Positions 24,071-39,807 of a DNA stretch of 64,000 nt are shown in pieces. Source of the DNA: Eledone cirrhosa (taxonomy: Eukaryota); assembly GCA_964016885.1 (NCBI GenBank), contig OZ024740.1:383904001-383968000 (forward strand), read 5' to 3'. Made by a program: the position numbers and the translations under genes. The notes below the pieces were generated by a model that was given only the letters and a program-made list of their open reading frames with translations, did not search any database and had not been told where the DNA came from. The first letter of the stretch is position 1. The number at the start of each line of letters is the position of its first letter.

Positions 24071-25765
24071 AACCCAAATCCATAAAAAACATCCTCACAC
24101 AAGCCAAAATCCAACAAACCCTCACAATAAACCCTACAGTAACAAAATGCAGAACGCCCAACTGTGGCATATGCATAAATCTAATAGATGGTTCAACATT
24201 CTATTTTAAACAAGGACAACGTTTCACAGTTAAACACAACTTTACATGTGCATCTGAAAACGTTATCTATGTTTTGACTAGCTCAGGTTGTCAAGAGCAC
24301 TATATAGGACAGACAAAAAACAGCCTCCGTCAACGTATGACCGTCCATAAATCACAAATTAAAATACAGGAATATAGAAAGATTGCATTTAGTGAAGATA
24401 TCGCCAATTGTGCTCTCAACCAACTTCAAAACTTTAAAATTTTCCCCATTTACAAATTCATAAAACAACGCTAATTTCATCCCATGCCCCAATAAGGAAA
24501 CACATTTCATTAATAAATTTCAACCAGTACTCAATGCCCTAAAATTCGGACCAATCTAAAACTGCAACAAACCATCAAACATTTACAAGAGTTACCTCCC
24601 TCACACCATACCTAATACTTTTTCTTAAATAAATTAAATATCACCTAGGAAGAATTGCTTCCCTCTGCATATTAACTCTCTAAAAAGGGAAATCATATCA
24701 AACCACAATCCACCATTTGCCTCCTTCACGTAACCATGGTTAAACTAAGCACACTTGCGATATTAACACATTTTGAACTGCTTAACTTCAATGACTGTGC
24801 TTGTAAATAACATTAACTTTTCTTCCACATTGACTTTTTACGTTCCACATTATGCACGGTATTTTTTCCATTTTTTTTTTCTTTTCACTTCCTAAACCTT
24901 GTTTATATATAACATTATACTTTCTGCACCTTCTGTTTAACATGTGCGACACCAGACTAATACATTTCACTATCATTTGATAATGCATATAAATGCATAA
25001 ACCGGTAATAGACAATAATTAAATATATAAATAGATAAATAAATGCCATTGTTAAATAATAAATAAATCAACTAATTCCTTAACAATTCACACAAAGTAA
25101 AACATTTCGTTTTAATCATTTTATAACCCAGAAAAAAGAGAGAGAGAGACAAGACAAAAAAAAAAGAATAAAATAAAGGAAAAAAAATATATTTTTCTTT
25201 CTCATAATCGTCTCTTTCTCCCTGTTTTCTTATATATTTCTCATTTGTAATATTTTTGATATTTTTGATGTTTCTCTACACACGGGCTTCTATATCCTAC
25301 GGGTGTGTGTGAATAATGCTTTACCAGTACAGCCCCCATGATGCTCTTAATTGCCTGTTTTGACTGCTTGCTTTACATGTAACAATCTGCCTTGTATAAA
25401 TAGGACACGAATGCATGCCACACGTGTGACTGTTGCATACACTGGCTACTCCAAACTTTCCTCTTGCTTTATCTTAGTAAACTGCCAATGTTTTATTTTA
25501 ATTTTAATTTTAACTTTAATTTTGTCCTTTAATATGACTGTAATCTTTGTATGTAAATTACCATGCTATATTATTATAATGGATGTCAACCCACTGTGGG
25601 TCAATATATAGAGATGTTTCTATATGTATCTTGTGTTGAAAAGGAGGTCAAGTATGTTAAAAATCACTGAATAATTGCTCCGAAGACCTCAAACCTCGGT
25701 TTGGAAGAAACAATTGTAAGCAAATAAATGATTTAAACAGAACTTTGATTTTTGTAATTTCTCTC
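24071..25765 (+). mobile_element. 5'-truncated Penelope-like element (Neptune-type GIY-YIG + long 3' UTR/pseudo-LTR)
   Basis: KPKSIKNILTQAK..KCRTPNCGIC..FTCASENVIYVLTSSGCQEHYIGQTKNSLRQRMTVH. Absent from the matching position of the right arm (about 29040-29060). Confidence 0.88.
25675..25723 (+). ncRNA. Hammerhead-like motif with variant core CCGAAGA
   Basis: TTGCT-CCGAAGA-(CAAACC/GGTTTG stem II)-GAAAC-AATT-GTA-AGCAA; stem I TTGCT/AGCAA. Confidence 0.65.
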
Positions 25766-25767
25766 TC

Positions 25768-25893
<126 letters not shown>

Positions 25894-26168
25894 TATACAT
25901 ATATATATATATAAGCAAATACATAAATGTTATATATATATATAAAAATAAAAATGGTTGGGAATACGACATATAATAAATAAATAAATAAATGTTTATA
26001 GCTGATATACAGCACTCAATAAGTTCCTGGAGCAAATAATCAATGAAAATAAACACTAAATCACTCTGTATGTAATTATGCATATACATACACATATATA
26101 TATACACACACACGCACACACACAAAACCAGACAAATACACACATATATACATATATATACATACACC

Positions 26169-26224
<56 letters not shown>

Positions 26225-26398
26225 GGAAAAAGTATGACCCCGACATCAGAGCTCAAGCCGTCTCTGAGGCAATTATATATATACACACACAAAACCATAT
26301 ACATATATATAAAAAATACATATATACACACACACACACACATATCTACAAAAGGTTACGTCACCACCTTAATAAAAATACACACACGCATATAAACA

Positions 26399-26524
<126 letters not shown>

Positions 26525-26764
26525 TAAATATACATACAGATACATATAAAATACGACTATATACACACATACATATACATACAGATGTAGAGTTCACAAG
26601 AATCAAAGCTATGTTCAAAGCATTTATTAACTTAGAATTGTTTCATCCAAACCTGTTTAGGGTTTAATATATACGTAACTATAAAAAGTTTTAGTATATA
26701 CATAACCATAAATAGTATCCTTAATATTACATACAGATATATATATAATTATATATACATATGC

Positions 26765-26861
<97 letters not shown>

Positions 26862-27020
26862 ACACATATATACACACAGAAATAATATCTATAAATAAAA
26901 AAGGTGGGTATGTAAAGGGTAAGGTAGAAAGTAGGGGGGATAATGAAATTAAATGACATAGGAAAAAGTTTAAATATAAGGGGAGGTAAGGGAGAAAAAG
27001 AATATAAGAGTACAAAAAGT

Positions 27021-28195
27021 GAGTTCAGAAAGTAATAAAAATCGTAGTGGAAGTAAGGCGTAGAGAGTAGAGAAGAAGTTCAATGTGGTTGAGTCATCGT
27101 AGGAATGTCAATCCAGTTACAGATCAGATGTCATTTCAGGTGAAGACAACATCTGAAGATCTCGGTCTTTGAGTTCAGGCAAGTTGAAGTGGCTTTCTTG
27201 TTTTGTAGAATCATAAATTTTTCAGTGGTACACAAAGAACTATTCTTTGTGCCCCTTTGGTATTCCTCGAATTGTCTAAAATAGACCAATCGATAGAGTA
27301 CGGGATGTTTTTATCCTTGAATTCCCACACCTTATTAGCGAGATCGGTTGCTGTTCTTTTAGCAGAGTGTTTAAAGTAAGCGACATGTGCATAAAACCTG
27401 GTTTTGAACCTGTCCTGAGTCATGCCAACATATCGTTCACTCCTGGCTGGCTGGTTATTAACAAAAGGTGTCACTTTGGCCCCATATACAATGGATGTGG
27501 TGTTACATTTGCCTTGCAACTGCATCCTGGATTTATTCTCGTACGATTAGAGTTAGTGATTTTCGACTTCATTGATGGGCAGCAAGAGTAACTGATTTTA
27601 ACTACATTTCTATTAAATATTTTATAATATCTATGATTAGGAGGAAAATCTTTGTGTAAGAGGTCAAAGAATGTCCTTCCTACATTAGCTTTGACAGTTA
27701 GAGAGAAGGGGCGTGTAAACCAAATAATTTTCCTTTTTCTATTATTGTGATTAGTTTTAGGGGCAGGAGTAGGTAAATATTTAATATGTTCTGCAAAGCC
27801 GCTGTTATTAAGGGCTTTATTAAAAATGTCTAGAGACGAAGGTGAGGTAGAAATCCTACGGTTATATTGGGAATGAGATTTTTAAAAACTATATGGAGAT
27901 GGCAAGACTCTTTGTGTATATACCTAAGATGTTCGTTAGGTTTATGATAAGGTTTAAAAGAGGCAGTAAGTAGATCAAGATTAATGTCAAGAAAGTTAGC
28001 ATTGGTAAGGTTCGTATCTATAGTAATTTTAAGGTTTAGATTAGCAAAAGTATTGATTAAATCTTTACGGAATTTATCAAGGTTATGGCCGTTGGTGGTA
28101 TGAAAAACGGCCAATCCATTGTCACGGTATAGACCGATATTATGGAAGGAAATTTCATTTTAAGGGTGTGGTAAAGGAATAATCCTACTAAGTCA
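27021..28195 (-). mobile_element. 5'-truncated, decayed Penelope-like element forming the spacer of the giant inverted repeat
   Basis: Truncated at DLVGLF within the RT. Then GLYRD, NFLDINLDL..FKPYHKPN..YIH, IIWF, QGKCNTTSIVYGA..YVGMT..FKTRFYAH. Confidence 0.88.
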
Positions 28196-28338
28196 CTTTC
28201 TGTACTCTTATATTCTTTTTCTCCCTTACCTCTCCTTATATTTAAACTTTTTCCTATGTCATTTAATTTCCTTATACTTTCTACCTTACCCTTTACATAC
28301 CCACCTTTTTTATTTATAGATATTTATTACTGTGTGTA

Positions 28339-28445
<107 letters not shown>

Positions 28446-28531
28446 GTATATATAATTATATATATCTGTATGTATATGTATGTGTGTATATAGTTGTATT
28501 GTATATGTATCTGTATGAATATGTATGTGTG

Positions 28532-28568
<37 letters not shown>

Positions 28569-28723
28569 ATTTTTATTAAGGTGGTGACGTAACCTTTTGT
28601 AGATATGTGTGTGTGTGTGTGTGCGTATGTGTATTTTATATATATATGTATATGTTTGCGTGTGTATATAAATAATTGCCTCAGAGACGGCTTGAGCTCT
28701 GCCGTCGGTGTAATACATTTTCC

Positions 28724-28762
<39 letters not shown>

Positions 28763-29114
28763 ATGTATATATATGTATATATGTGTGTATTTGTATGATT
28801 TTGTGTGTGTGCGTGTGTGTGTATATATGTGTGTATGTATATGCATAATTACATACAGAGTGATTTAATGTTTACTTTCATTGATTATTTGCTCCAGGAA
28901 CTTGTTGAGTGCTCTATATCAGCTATACGCATTTATACCTTTATCTTTTTATTTATTTATTATTTGTCGTATTCCCAACTATTTTTATTTTTATATATAT
29001 ATATAACATTTATGTATTTGCTCATATGTATACATATATTTATTTAAGAGTTAAACAAGGTTCTATGAATACATCAAAGAATGAGTTTTACACACATACA
29101 TGTGTGTGTATGTA

Positions 29115-29187
<73 letters not shown>

Positions 29188-29204
29188 CTGTGTGTGTATA
29201 TATA

Positions 29205-29241
<37 letters not shown>

Positions 29242-29596
29242 ATATATATGTAGGTGTATATGTATGTGTATATGTATGTGTATGTGTGTATGTATGTATT
29301 AATATGTATGTATGTGTATCCGTAATTGTGTGTATTGCTTACCACGTGTGTTTTTCTTTTATTTGCGTCCTTTGCCTTATCGCTGTCAACGTTATAATCA
29401 TTTTTACATTATCTTTATTTTTATGTGACGGCCCATATGGTCGTCTGTTGTTTTTTTATTTTTATTATTTTCTTATTATTAATTCTATGTAGGTGTGTGT
29501 ACATATATCTAATTTGTCTGTGCGTATGTATGCGTGTATATATATGTGTATGTATGTGTGTCTATGTACGTGTGTATATATATATATGTATGATTA

Positions 29597-29643
<47 letters not shown>

Positions 29644-30399
29644 GTGCGTGTGTGTGTTTTTGTATGTATGTATGGATATGTGGATATGTATGTGTGTATG
29701 TATGTATATGTATATGTATGTGTATTTGTACGTGTATATATATGTGTATGTATATATATGTATATATTATATGTATATATGTGTGTGTATGTATATGTGT
29801 GTGTGCGTGCGTGTGCGTGTGTGTGTGTGTGTGAATGTTTGTTTATCTACTTTTATTATTTTTCCTTTCCTTCTTACTTTTCCAGCCTCACTTTCATCCA
29901 GATTATAGTTATGTTTTTAAAATCCACTGTCAATAAATACACTAGGATTTTTTTCATTCTGATGATTGAAAGCAAATTTTGTTTGCTTTCAAGAAACCAC
30001 TGGTAAATGAAATAATTATCTTATTTTGTTTATTACATAAATATATATATATATATATATTATATGTTGATATATATGGGTGTGTGTATATATGTGTGTG
30101 TGTACCTGTACGCGCATTTATAAGCATAGAGATACTTCTTTTGTCGGTTATTCAACAAAAATATATACTCGACAAAGCTTCTGGGCTATATAATACAACC
30201 CTTTTTTCATTTTTTCATTTCTTGGTACCTCCCTTTTATACCCCCACCTCCGAGCGTGTGTGTATTTATAGTTTGTCTGCCTATATGCTTATGTACACAC
30301 ACACGCACATGTATGTATGTGTATATTTATATATGTGTGTGTATGTATAGGGGTGTGTGTGTGTATGTTTACGTATACATGTGTGTGTGTCTATATATA

Positions 30400-30479
<80 letters not shown>

Positions 30480-31054
30480 AGTTTATATATATCTGTGTGT
30501 ATGTGTTTGTATATATGTTTTTGTATATATGGGTATATATGTTTGTATGGATTTACGTATATGTTTATTTGTATGCGTGTGTTCATTTTCTAATGCGTGC
30601 GTGTGTGCGCGCGGGTATGTGTACGTATGTACGTGGGTTATGTACCTTTGAGATTCATCTATCAAATTTATTGTAGGTTTTTTTGTATATGTATATATGT
30701 GGATTGTGTTTATATGTATGCATGTTTGTCTATATATATGTGTGTGTATTTGTGTGTATATGTGTATATATATATATATGTATGCATATATATATGTATA
30801 TGTATTTATCACATATGTAAATACACATGTGTGTGTGTTTGTATGTCTGTATATATATATATGCATGTATGTGTGTGTATATGTATATGTGTGTGTATAT
30901 ATATATGTATATGAATATCGTGTGTATTTGTTTATTTTTAAGTTTCTCTTTTTGTTTTTTCTTATCGCCCTCTATCCCCCACACACTAACACCATTCGTT
31001 GTCAACACGTCCCCTTTTTGACTTTATTTTTTTTTGATTTTGATTTTTACTTTC

Positions 31055-31091
<37 letters not shown>

Positions 31092-31472
31092 CACTCAGAT
31101 ATTTTTTATTTGTTTGACCCGAATTACTTGATCGTTTTTTTGGCTATGCGAATGATTGTTTAACCGTCGTCTCAGTGTGTTTGGCCTTTAACGTTTGTTA
31201 TAGCTCTGGTTCATCTGAATCATTGAGCATTTGCCACACATCTCGGAGGTTGTTTTTCATTATTTCGTGGGCCGAAATGCGATTCTCGATAATTTATATT
31301 TGTATTTATATATATATATAGTATTAAGGATACTATTTATGGTTATGTATATACTAAAACCTTTATTATTTAAACCCTAAACAGTGAAAGAGAGTAATTT
31401 ATTACTACCTTATTACCAGTAAGATAAATAGCTCAATGTAATAACATCAGTTGTTCTACAGAGCAGTTATAT

Positions 31473-32139
31473 AGAAATTACATGAATCAAAGTTCTGTTC
31501 AAATCATTTATTCGCTTACAATTGTTTCTTCCAAACCGAGGTTTGAGGTCTTCGGAGCAATTTTTCAATGATTGTTTACATACATGACCTCCTCTTCAAC
31601 ACAAGAGACATACAGAAACAAATGTATATATTTATGCACAGTGGGTTTACATCCATTATAATATTTAAGCATGGCAGTTTACATTCAAAGATTAAAGTCA
31701 TATTAAAAGAAAATTACAACAAAATTAAAGTTATAATACAACATGGGCAGTTTACGAAGAAGATGCAGGAGGATAGTTAGAAGAAGTTAGTTACACGTGG
31801 GGCATGCACGTGTGTCCTATTTATATCAGATTATAGTGCGGTAAGGTGTTATATGGAATATAAGCACTTTAAGCGGGCAATCAAGAGTATTATGGGGGTT
31901 GTATAGTATGTTATATGTATGATATAGAAGCTTGTGTGCAGAGAAATATTTAAGAATTAGAAGCAAAACAGTGTTATGGTTTTTATCATATACATATGTT
32001 TCTGTATGTCTCTTGTGTTGAAAAGGAGGTCATGTATGTAAACAATCATTGAAAATTTGCTCCGAACACTCCAAACTTCGGTTTGGAAGAAACAATTGTA
32101 AGCGAATAAATGATTTGAACAGAACTTTGATTCATGTAA

Positions 32140-32144
<5 letters not shown>
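31473..32144. repeat. Pseudo-LTR of the 24071-25765 PLE family in inverted arrangement (minus copy about 31473-31960; plus copy about 31989-32144)
   Basis: Both parts match 25590-25765; each carries the CCGAA(G/C)A hammerhead-like motif. Confidence 0.8.
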
Positions 32145-32179
<35 letters not shown>

Positions 32180-32756
32180 GTATATTTTGTTCTTCTTTAT
32201 TTATTTAGTTATTCCTTCTCTAACCTACTTCCCGTATTTGTATGTACATGTTTGAGTGCATATATATCTGTGTATATGTATGTGTAAGTATTTATGTTCG
32301 TGTCCGTATTTCTATTTAGACGAAAATACGCTTATGTGAGGAAGTATACATCTAGGTATTATTAAGTATATGCGCGTAGTTGAGTGTGTGTATGTTTATG
32401 CTCTGGATATTTATTTTTGTATATATATATTTTTCATATTTATATATTTTTTTCCCTATTTTCTTTTCGCCCGTTTTTTTCAGCCTCACTTTCATATTTC
32501 CTAAATTTTGTTTTCAAATCCATACTTAATAAAAACACCATGTTATTTATTCATTCTGACAACTGAAACAGACACAAAATCTGCCTTCAAGAAACCACTG
32601 GTAAATGAAATAATTATCTTATGTTGTTTTTTTACATAATTAATAAGCTCTGTAGCCTACATAGAGCACTCTTTTCTTTCCTGTACCTTTCCGACGGAAA
32701 TGCTTCATTTTTATATATATATGTATGTATATTATGTATATATGTATGTATATCAT

Positions 32757-33281
32757 GTCGGGTCACTCTGGTAACATGCAACCCAGTACAAGCTGTCGCA
32801 TGGTCGTGTCTTCGGCGACTAAACCGGCAACCCCACCAAGTTTACTTGGTGAGCAGGAGGATTTTGGACACCCTGATGACAAAAAGCAAGACCTGACAAA
32901 GGTGGGAAGAACTCATAAGAGTCAACGGCCATCCAAAAGTGTGTAAATATGTATATACAGATGTACCGCGCGGTTAAACCACTGCGAGAGAAGGACACTT
33001 AACCTTTGTCAGGGCATTATTCTAGGAGAAGGCAACTCAGGAAACTGGGATAACTCCGATATAAAACCTGCGGCTCAGTAGTTACCGATGATGTTGATCT
33101 TTTCTTCTTTTCGGAATATAGCTACTGTCACTCCGAGAGTGAGATTGGCTCGGAGCACAATCTTTCCTCACTTTAAAAATATCTTCATGCACAGGCATTG
33201 CACGATAGAATGAATTCATAATTATTAATAATGGTATATCGTGCAATGGCCATACACGATAACGAGGGGGCAGCCATCATG
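32757..33281 (+). mobile_element. RTE-derived non-autonomous element, related subfamily
   Basis: The 5' 200 bp align by eye to the reverse complement of 20400-20598 (CCCAGTACAA.CTGTC.CATGGTCG..GCGACTAAAC.GGCAACCCCACCAAG). Ends GGCAGCCATCAT versus GGCAGCCACCAT in the other copies. Confidence 0.7.
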
Positions 33282-33340
33282 TATATTATATTGTAATTCC
33301 TTTTATTAATATAATCTTCTATACACAATCATACACACAC

Positions 33341-33420
<80 letters not shown>

Positions 33421-33425
33421 GTTTA

Positions 33426-33496
<71 letters not shown>

Positions 33497-33512
33497 TGTG
33501 TGTGTGTGTTTG

Positions 33513-33552
<40 letters not shown>

Positions 33553-33557
<5 letters not shown>

Positions 33558-33700
33558 ACAGACGTACAGTAGTATGTATATATATATACATACATGCACA
33601 CATATATATATATGCACGTATCGGTTAACCGAACATTTATTATAATGCTCTGTTTGTTTAAACAAACAAACAGCCAGAATTACGCCGTACAATGTTGTAT
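33553..33700. repeat. Copy of the interspersed repeat found at 47977-48662
   Basis: TGTATACAGACGTACAGTAG..ACGTATC.GTT..TTTATTATAA..CAAAC..ACAGCC matches the reverse complement of about 48390-48570. Confidence 0.65.
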
Positions 33701-34129
33701 ATACCACCTAACAGGTAGCGGCTGATGTTAACTTGTATTTCTACATTTAAGGGACACGCTATTTTATAAGCAATTTTATAGCATCTTCGTGCATATAAAT
33801 AAATATATATATTTACACTTTGGCGCATATAAATCCATAGTTTTTTACATGGCAGCAACGCGGTGACTTCACAGCATACTTTTCATATGATATTGGTCAA
33901 ACCGCAATTAATGTATAGTACACTGGCCCAAAAGACCGTGCCGTCGGAGACAGATTAGAAAAAGCATGTAAAAATATGTTATATATAATTTAATATGAAT
34001 ATAATACATCATGGATATAAATATAATATAAATATAAACACACACACACATATATACATATATAAGTTTTTTTTATATATGTATATATATATGTATTTAT
34101 ATATACATATATATATATAAGGTTTTTTA

Positions 34130-34203
<74 letters not shown>

Positions 34204-34204
34204 C

Positions 34205-34336
<132 letters not shown>

Positions 34337-34536
34337 GTGTGTGTGTGTGTAAATATACATATATTAATATTTTATCAATTTATATCTCAAAAGACCTTTT
34401 CATAAATATGTATATTTTGGTAACATTTTCGGAAACAATTTTAAATATATTTTTTTCTGATTCAGTGATCGTATGTTTATATATGCACATACTCATATAT
34501 CCGTGCATGTATGTAAGTTTGTATGTGTATATATAT

Positions 34537-37500
34537 CATCATCATCATCATCACCGTTTTACGTCCGTTCTTCCATGCTAGCATGGTTTAGACGGGTTGT
34601 CCTGTTGTGGGCAGTGTCTGGTCGGCTGACCATCCCTTGCTCATACAGAAACTGATTTTGGTTTGATTTCTACAGCTGGATGCCCTTCGTAACACCAACC
34701 TCATTTACAGTGAGTGCTACGTGCTTTTTTCTGTGGCGCCTACACGTCCACTTTACAGTGTGGGCTGGGTGCTTTTTTGCCGTGGCACCTCCACAACCAC
34801 CTTGCGGTGGGGTGTGTGGGGCATATTGTCTATATGCTTCAGCTTGTACCCATGGGAGGTCGGTTACTCTGTATTACTGCGTGACGCCAGAGGTCACGGT
34901 CGTGTGTCATCGCCTTTGAGAGGTGTGATTGGGCAAGGTCGGCTTTTATCATCTCATCCCAGGTCTTCTTGGGTCTCCCCACTCCGCGGTTTCCATTGAC
35001 TTCTAGTGCTCTGCACTTTTTTATGCAGCTGTCATCCTTCATACGCATCACATGTCCATACCAACGCAACCGCCTCTCCTGCACACATCATTTGATTCCT
35101 CTTATGCTCAGTCTCTCTCTCAATTCATTTATGCTTTGCCGTTCGCGTATATTACTATTACACATCCATCGGAGCATGCAGGCTTCGTTTATTTCTAATC
35201 TACGTAAGTCGTCCATCTTCAGCGCCCAAGTCTCACTTGCTGTTCGGATACACGCATCATACAGTCTGCCTTTCATTTTGAGGGAGAAGCCTTTTGCAGC
35301 TAGCAGTGACAGTAGTTCCCTGAACTGCTTTCATCCCGTTCTTACCCTAGTTATTGTACTTTCTGAACACCCACCCCCGCTGCTAATTCGGTCACCTAGG
35401 TAGCAGAAGCTGGCAATTGTTTCTACAGAGCCCTCTCAGAGATTGGTGGTACTTGTTTCCTGTGTCTGTTTGCTGCTTGCTGTCCCAGCAGAGGTGCTAC
35501 ATGTGAAGCCTACATTCTTAGTTAAGCTTCCTGAGATCCCGCTACATCTCTTGTGTACCCATTGTTTGCATTTGGGGCAGAGAATGGAGTTCCAACCTAC
35601 AACTTTCCTATATACTGAGCAAGGCCATTTCCCTGAGGGGATCTGGGTTCTGTTTTCTCGTCTACTTACAAGGACCTTAGTCTTTGTCATGTTGACTTTG
35701 AGATCCTTTCTTTCTAGTCCCTGCTTCCAAGTTTGGAATTTCTTCTCTAGTTCTACCATAGATTCAGCTATAAGTGCGAGGTCATCTGCATACAGGAGTT
35801 CCCATGGGCATCCGGTCTTAAACTCCTCCATTATTGCCTGCAGGACCATGAAGAACAGGAGAGGGCTAAGAACAGAGCCCTGGTAGACACCAACCTGTAC
35901 GCTAAATTCCTCGCTATATTCATTGATAATCCTAACTTTGCTGACTGCTCCCCTATACATGGCGTGTACAGCTTTCACAAGCCATTCACCTACTCCTAGT
36001 TTTCTAAGATCCCACCAGATTATAGCACGTGGAACTCTGTCAAAGGCTTTCTCGAGATCTACGAATGCCAGGTAGAGTGGCTTACTTTTAGCTAGGTCCT
36101 TTTCCTGTAACTGCCTCACAAGGAAGGGGGCATCAGTGGTGCCTCTTCCTGGTACAAACCCAAATTACAACTCATCTAGTTTCACCCGGTCCCTAATCAA
36201 TTTTGCTATAACTCTTTCTGTTACTTTCATGACCTGGTCCATCAGCTTTATACCTTTATAGTTTCCTCTAGTTAGTGAATCACCTTTACCTTTGTAGCAG
36301 TTGACAATGATGCTACTGCACCAATCTTTTGGTATGACACCTTCTAGTATTACCTGGTTAACAGTACGTGTGGTTATAGTGTGACCTACAGACCCACATG
36401 CCTTCAGCATCTGGGCAGCTATACCCGATGGACCGGTTGTCTTCCCAATATTCATATCTTTGATTGCCTTACTTACTACGCTGCTGCTGACTTGTACTGC
36501 TTGCCCCTCTATAGGGTCTACTTGGGGTAGGGTCTCTTCTTCCCATGCATTCTCCTCATTTAGTAATCTATCATAATGGTTCTTCCATGCATCTTTCTTT
36601 TCAGCAATTGTGAGGGTGTCAAGCTTACTTTTATCATTCCGGATACAATTCTCTCCAATGACATCACAATTCTCTCTGACACACTGCCTCGCAATCTTGA
36701 ACACCTGTTTCTGGTCCTCATGTTGCAAAACATGCTTGAATTTCCTATCCTCTGCTTCCCTCCTAGCTAAGTATACTTGTCGCCTAGCTTCCCTCTTGAT
36801 CTCTATGTAATGTACCCTGCTTCCCCGTTCTTCCATTCCTATCTCTTGGCCTTAACTGGCTCATCTACTTTATTGTTCGACCACCAAGTCGCTCTCCTCC
36901 TGCTTGTGGTCTTACTCCAGCCACAGATCTCATCTGTCGCCTCTAGTAAGTTATTTTTTAGGAACTCCCAGTGCTCTTCTACATTGAATGTCTCTATCTG
37001 TTCTTCTTTACTGTCGTAGACGTTGAGTAAAATATCTTTAAATCTGTTACTGTCCGAGGGGTTTTTCAGCTTCCGGATCTTTCTCCTCCACGTTGGCCTC
37101 TGTTTCCAGGTTCGTCTAGTTCTGACCGTGAGGTCGCTGACAACTAAGCTATGTTGGGAGGTAGATTCCTCACTAGGGAAGGCTTTTGTATTTACGACCG
37201 TCCATCTGTCACGTCCTCTGATGAGGATAAAATCTATCTGACTAGAATGTTCCCCTGATCTATAGGTGATCAGGTGGTTGTCCGGATCTTTGAAGTTTGT
37301 GTTACATATCGACATGTCATTGGCGTCGCCGAATTCTAGAAGTCTGAATCCTTCTTCATTTCTTGTGCCAACCCTATGGCCTCCATGGACTCTATTGAAG
37401 CCGTCACAGTGTTTACCTACGTGCCCGTTAAAATCTCCTGCGATGATTAGGAAGTCATTGTCGTTTGTTAGAGCAGTAGTGTGTATTAGGGACTCGTAAA

Positions 37501-38240
37501 ACCTATCCTTAAGTTCGTCTGGCAACCCCGATTGGGGTGCGTAAGATGATATTATTGTGGTAATTGTTTTATTCAGGACTAGTCTGAGTTTAATGATTCT
37601 TGCATTTACCTTGTACACTGAGACTACTTTACCTACCCACTTGTTAGCTAGTAGTATACCTACACCACATATCCCATCTTCATTTCCCACCCAGAAAAAT
37701 TTGTAGCACTGACTTTTTCCTACAAGGACTTTAGCAGACTCTCCTCTCCATCTAGTCTCTTACATACAGCATACATCAATTTCCTTTCGCTCTAGCATCT
37801 CTACAATTTCTCCTGCTCTTCCTTTCATTGTGCTTACATTGATGGTACCAACTCGGAGTTTTGGGTATTTGTCAACATTCGTAGGGAAGGGTCGATTTTT
37901 ACAGGGGTGTGTGTGTGCTTCCTGTTTCTGAATTGGAGCTTCACATGGGTGCTTGGTAGCTCGCGGATTCATATTCCTTTTCATCTATTAATTCAGAGTT
38001 GCTCCATTTATTCTCAGCTCATCCATACATAACGGTAGGAAAATTCAGGGCTAGAAGAACAGTGGTGGTGGTAATAATGGCATGGTGTGTTGGGCTGGGA
38101 CATGGGAGGAGAGAGGTAGGTAGTAGTAGCAATGGCAGGGTTTGTTGAGGTTGGTAGTGGGGGGGGGGGGGATGCTGGGGTTTGGTCGAATAGGCTATGG
38201 TGGTGTGAGGGGGCGGGAGGTAAATTGTGAGGTAAGTAGC
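34537..38240 (-). mobile_element. Decayed RTE-clade LINE (APE endonuclease, RT, Cys-rich insert); (GAT)n tail
   Basis: APE motifs VGTINVSTMKGR, GVGIL, SYAPQ, GDFNGHVG, QIDFIL; RT motifs FVDLEKAFDRV, QGSVLSP, LLYADDL; CSV..ILCPKCKQWVHKRCSG; RRLRWYGHV, GRPKKTW. Several premature stops. The 5' limit is approximate. Confidence 0.9.
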
Positions 38241-38535
38241 CATCATGGCCTGTAGCATCTCATGGCAAAATAAACCGATAGGAGTAGATACCTTCGTAAA
38301 GACAGCGAAATGATAAATACAACAACACTATAATAGTATAAGAGAGAGGAGGAGAGTAGATGACTTCGTAGAGAGACAGCATGGGAAAAGAAAATGAAGG
38401 TAAAAATAAATATGTTGTGGAAGCTAGTGAAATGATAAATATAGCAATAATTGTGCGAGTGGAACATTTGCAATTGGGAGGGACTGTAGCATCTCATGGG
38501 AAAATAATATATATATATATATATATATATGCATA

Positions 38536-38681
<146 letters not shown>

Positions 38682-38753
38682 ATTATATAATTATATATAT
38701 ATATATATACATATAATTATATAATTATATATATATATATGTATATATATACG

Positions 38754-38786
<33 letters not shown>

Positions 38787-38795
38787 CTATATATT

Positions 38796-38828
<33 letters not shown>

Positions 38829-38841
38829 GTATATGTATATA

Positions 38842-38938
<97 letters not shown>

Positions 38939-38965
38939 TTAATACAATATGTATATATCTATCTA

Positions 38966-39017
<52 letters not shown>

Positions 39018-39043
39018 TATATGTATATATATATATATGTATG

Positions 39044-39083
<40 letters not shown>

Positions 39084-39358
39084 TAAACGGAATAGAAAAT
39101 GCTGACAAATTGTTCACAGTTGAAAAATGGTTTAATTAGGAATAAAAGAGTATTAGTGATTGTATTGGTTAGTATTCAGTTGTGGTTTTAAGTTTTTAAG
39201 TTTTTACCGGTTGCGCATTTCTAAATGCTTTTCAAAAATAATTTTGAGATAGAGTATCCGTGGTGTTTGCTCTGATCTGATTAGTTTTGGGAATTCTACC
39301 TGTTTTTATGTTAAAAAAGTGGTTCCAATTTGCAAAAATTCTTGTGGTCAAAACAATA

Positions 39359-39409
<51 letters not shown>

Positions 39410-39461
39410 GTATATATATATATATATGTATATATATATGTATATATATATGTATATATAT

Positions 39462-39495
<34 letters not shown>

Positions 39496-39722
39496 ATAGA
39501 TATATATATAGATATATATATATAAACGATAAATTAACGGAGCCATAGATATATTTGGATTTGTACGTGCGTGTTATATATACACTTTAATTTATATTTT
39601 TAATTATAGTGCGTCTACCCTGCCTTTCATGGGTTATAGATTCATACACTGGTGGTTTTTCCCTGTTTTATTGATGGCGCACTATCTCGCTCTAGTGTGT
39701 TACCTTTTCAACATATTGTATT

Positions 39723-39767
<45 letters not shown>

Positions 39768-39807
39768 CAAATATATATATATATATATATACATACATAT
39801 ATATATA

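Noticed and set aside
38250-38506. Direct repeat CTGTAGCATCTCATGG about 233 bp apart as a target-site duplication
   Set aside because: The enclosed sequence is not recognisable as an element; it could be part of the RTE 5' region.
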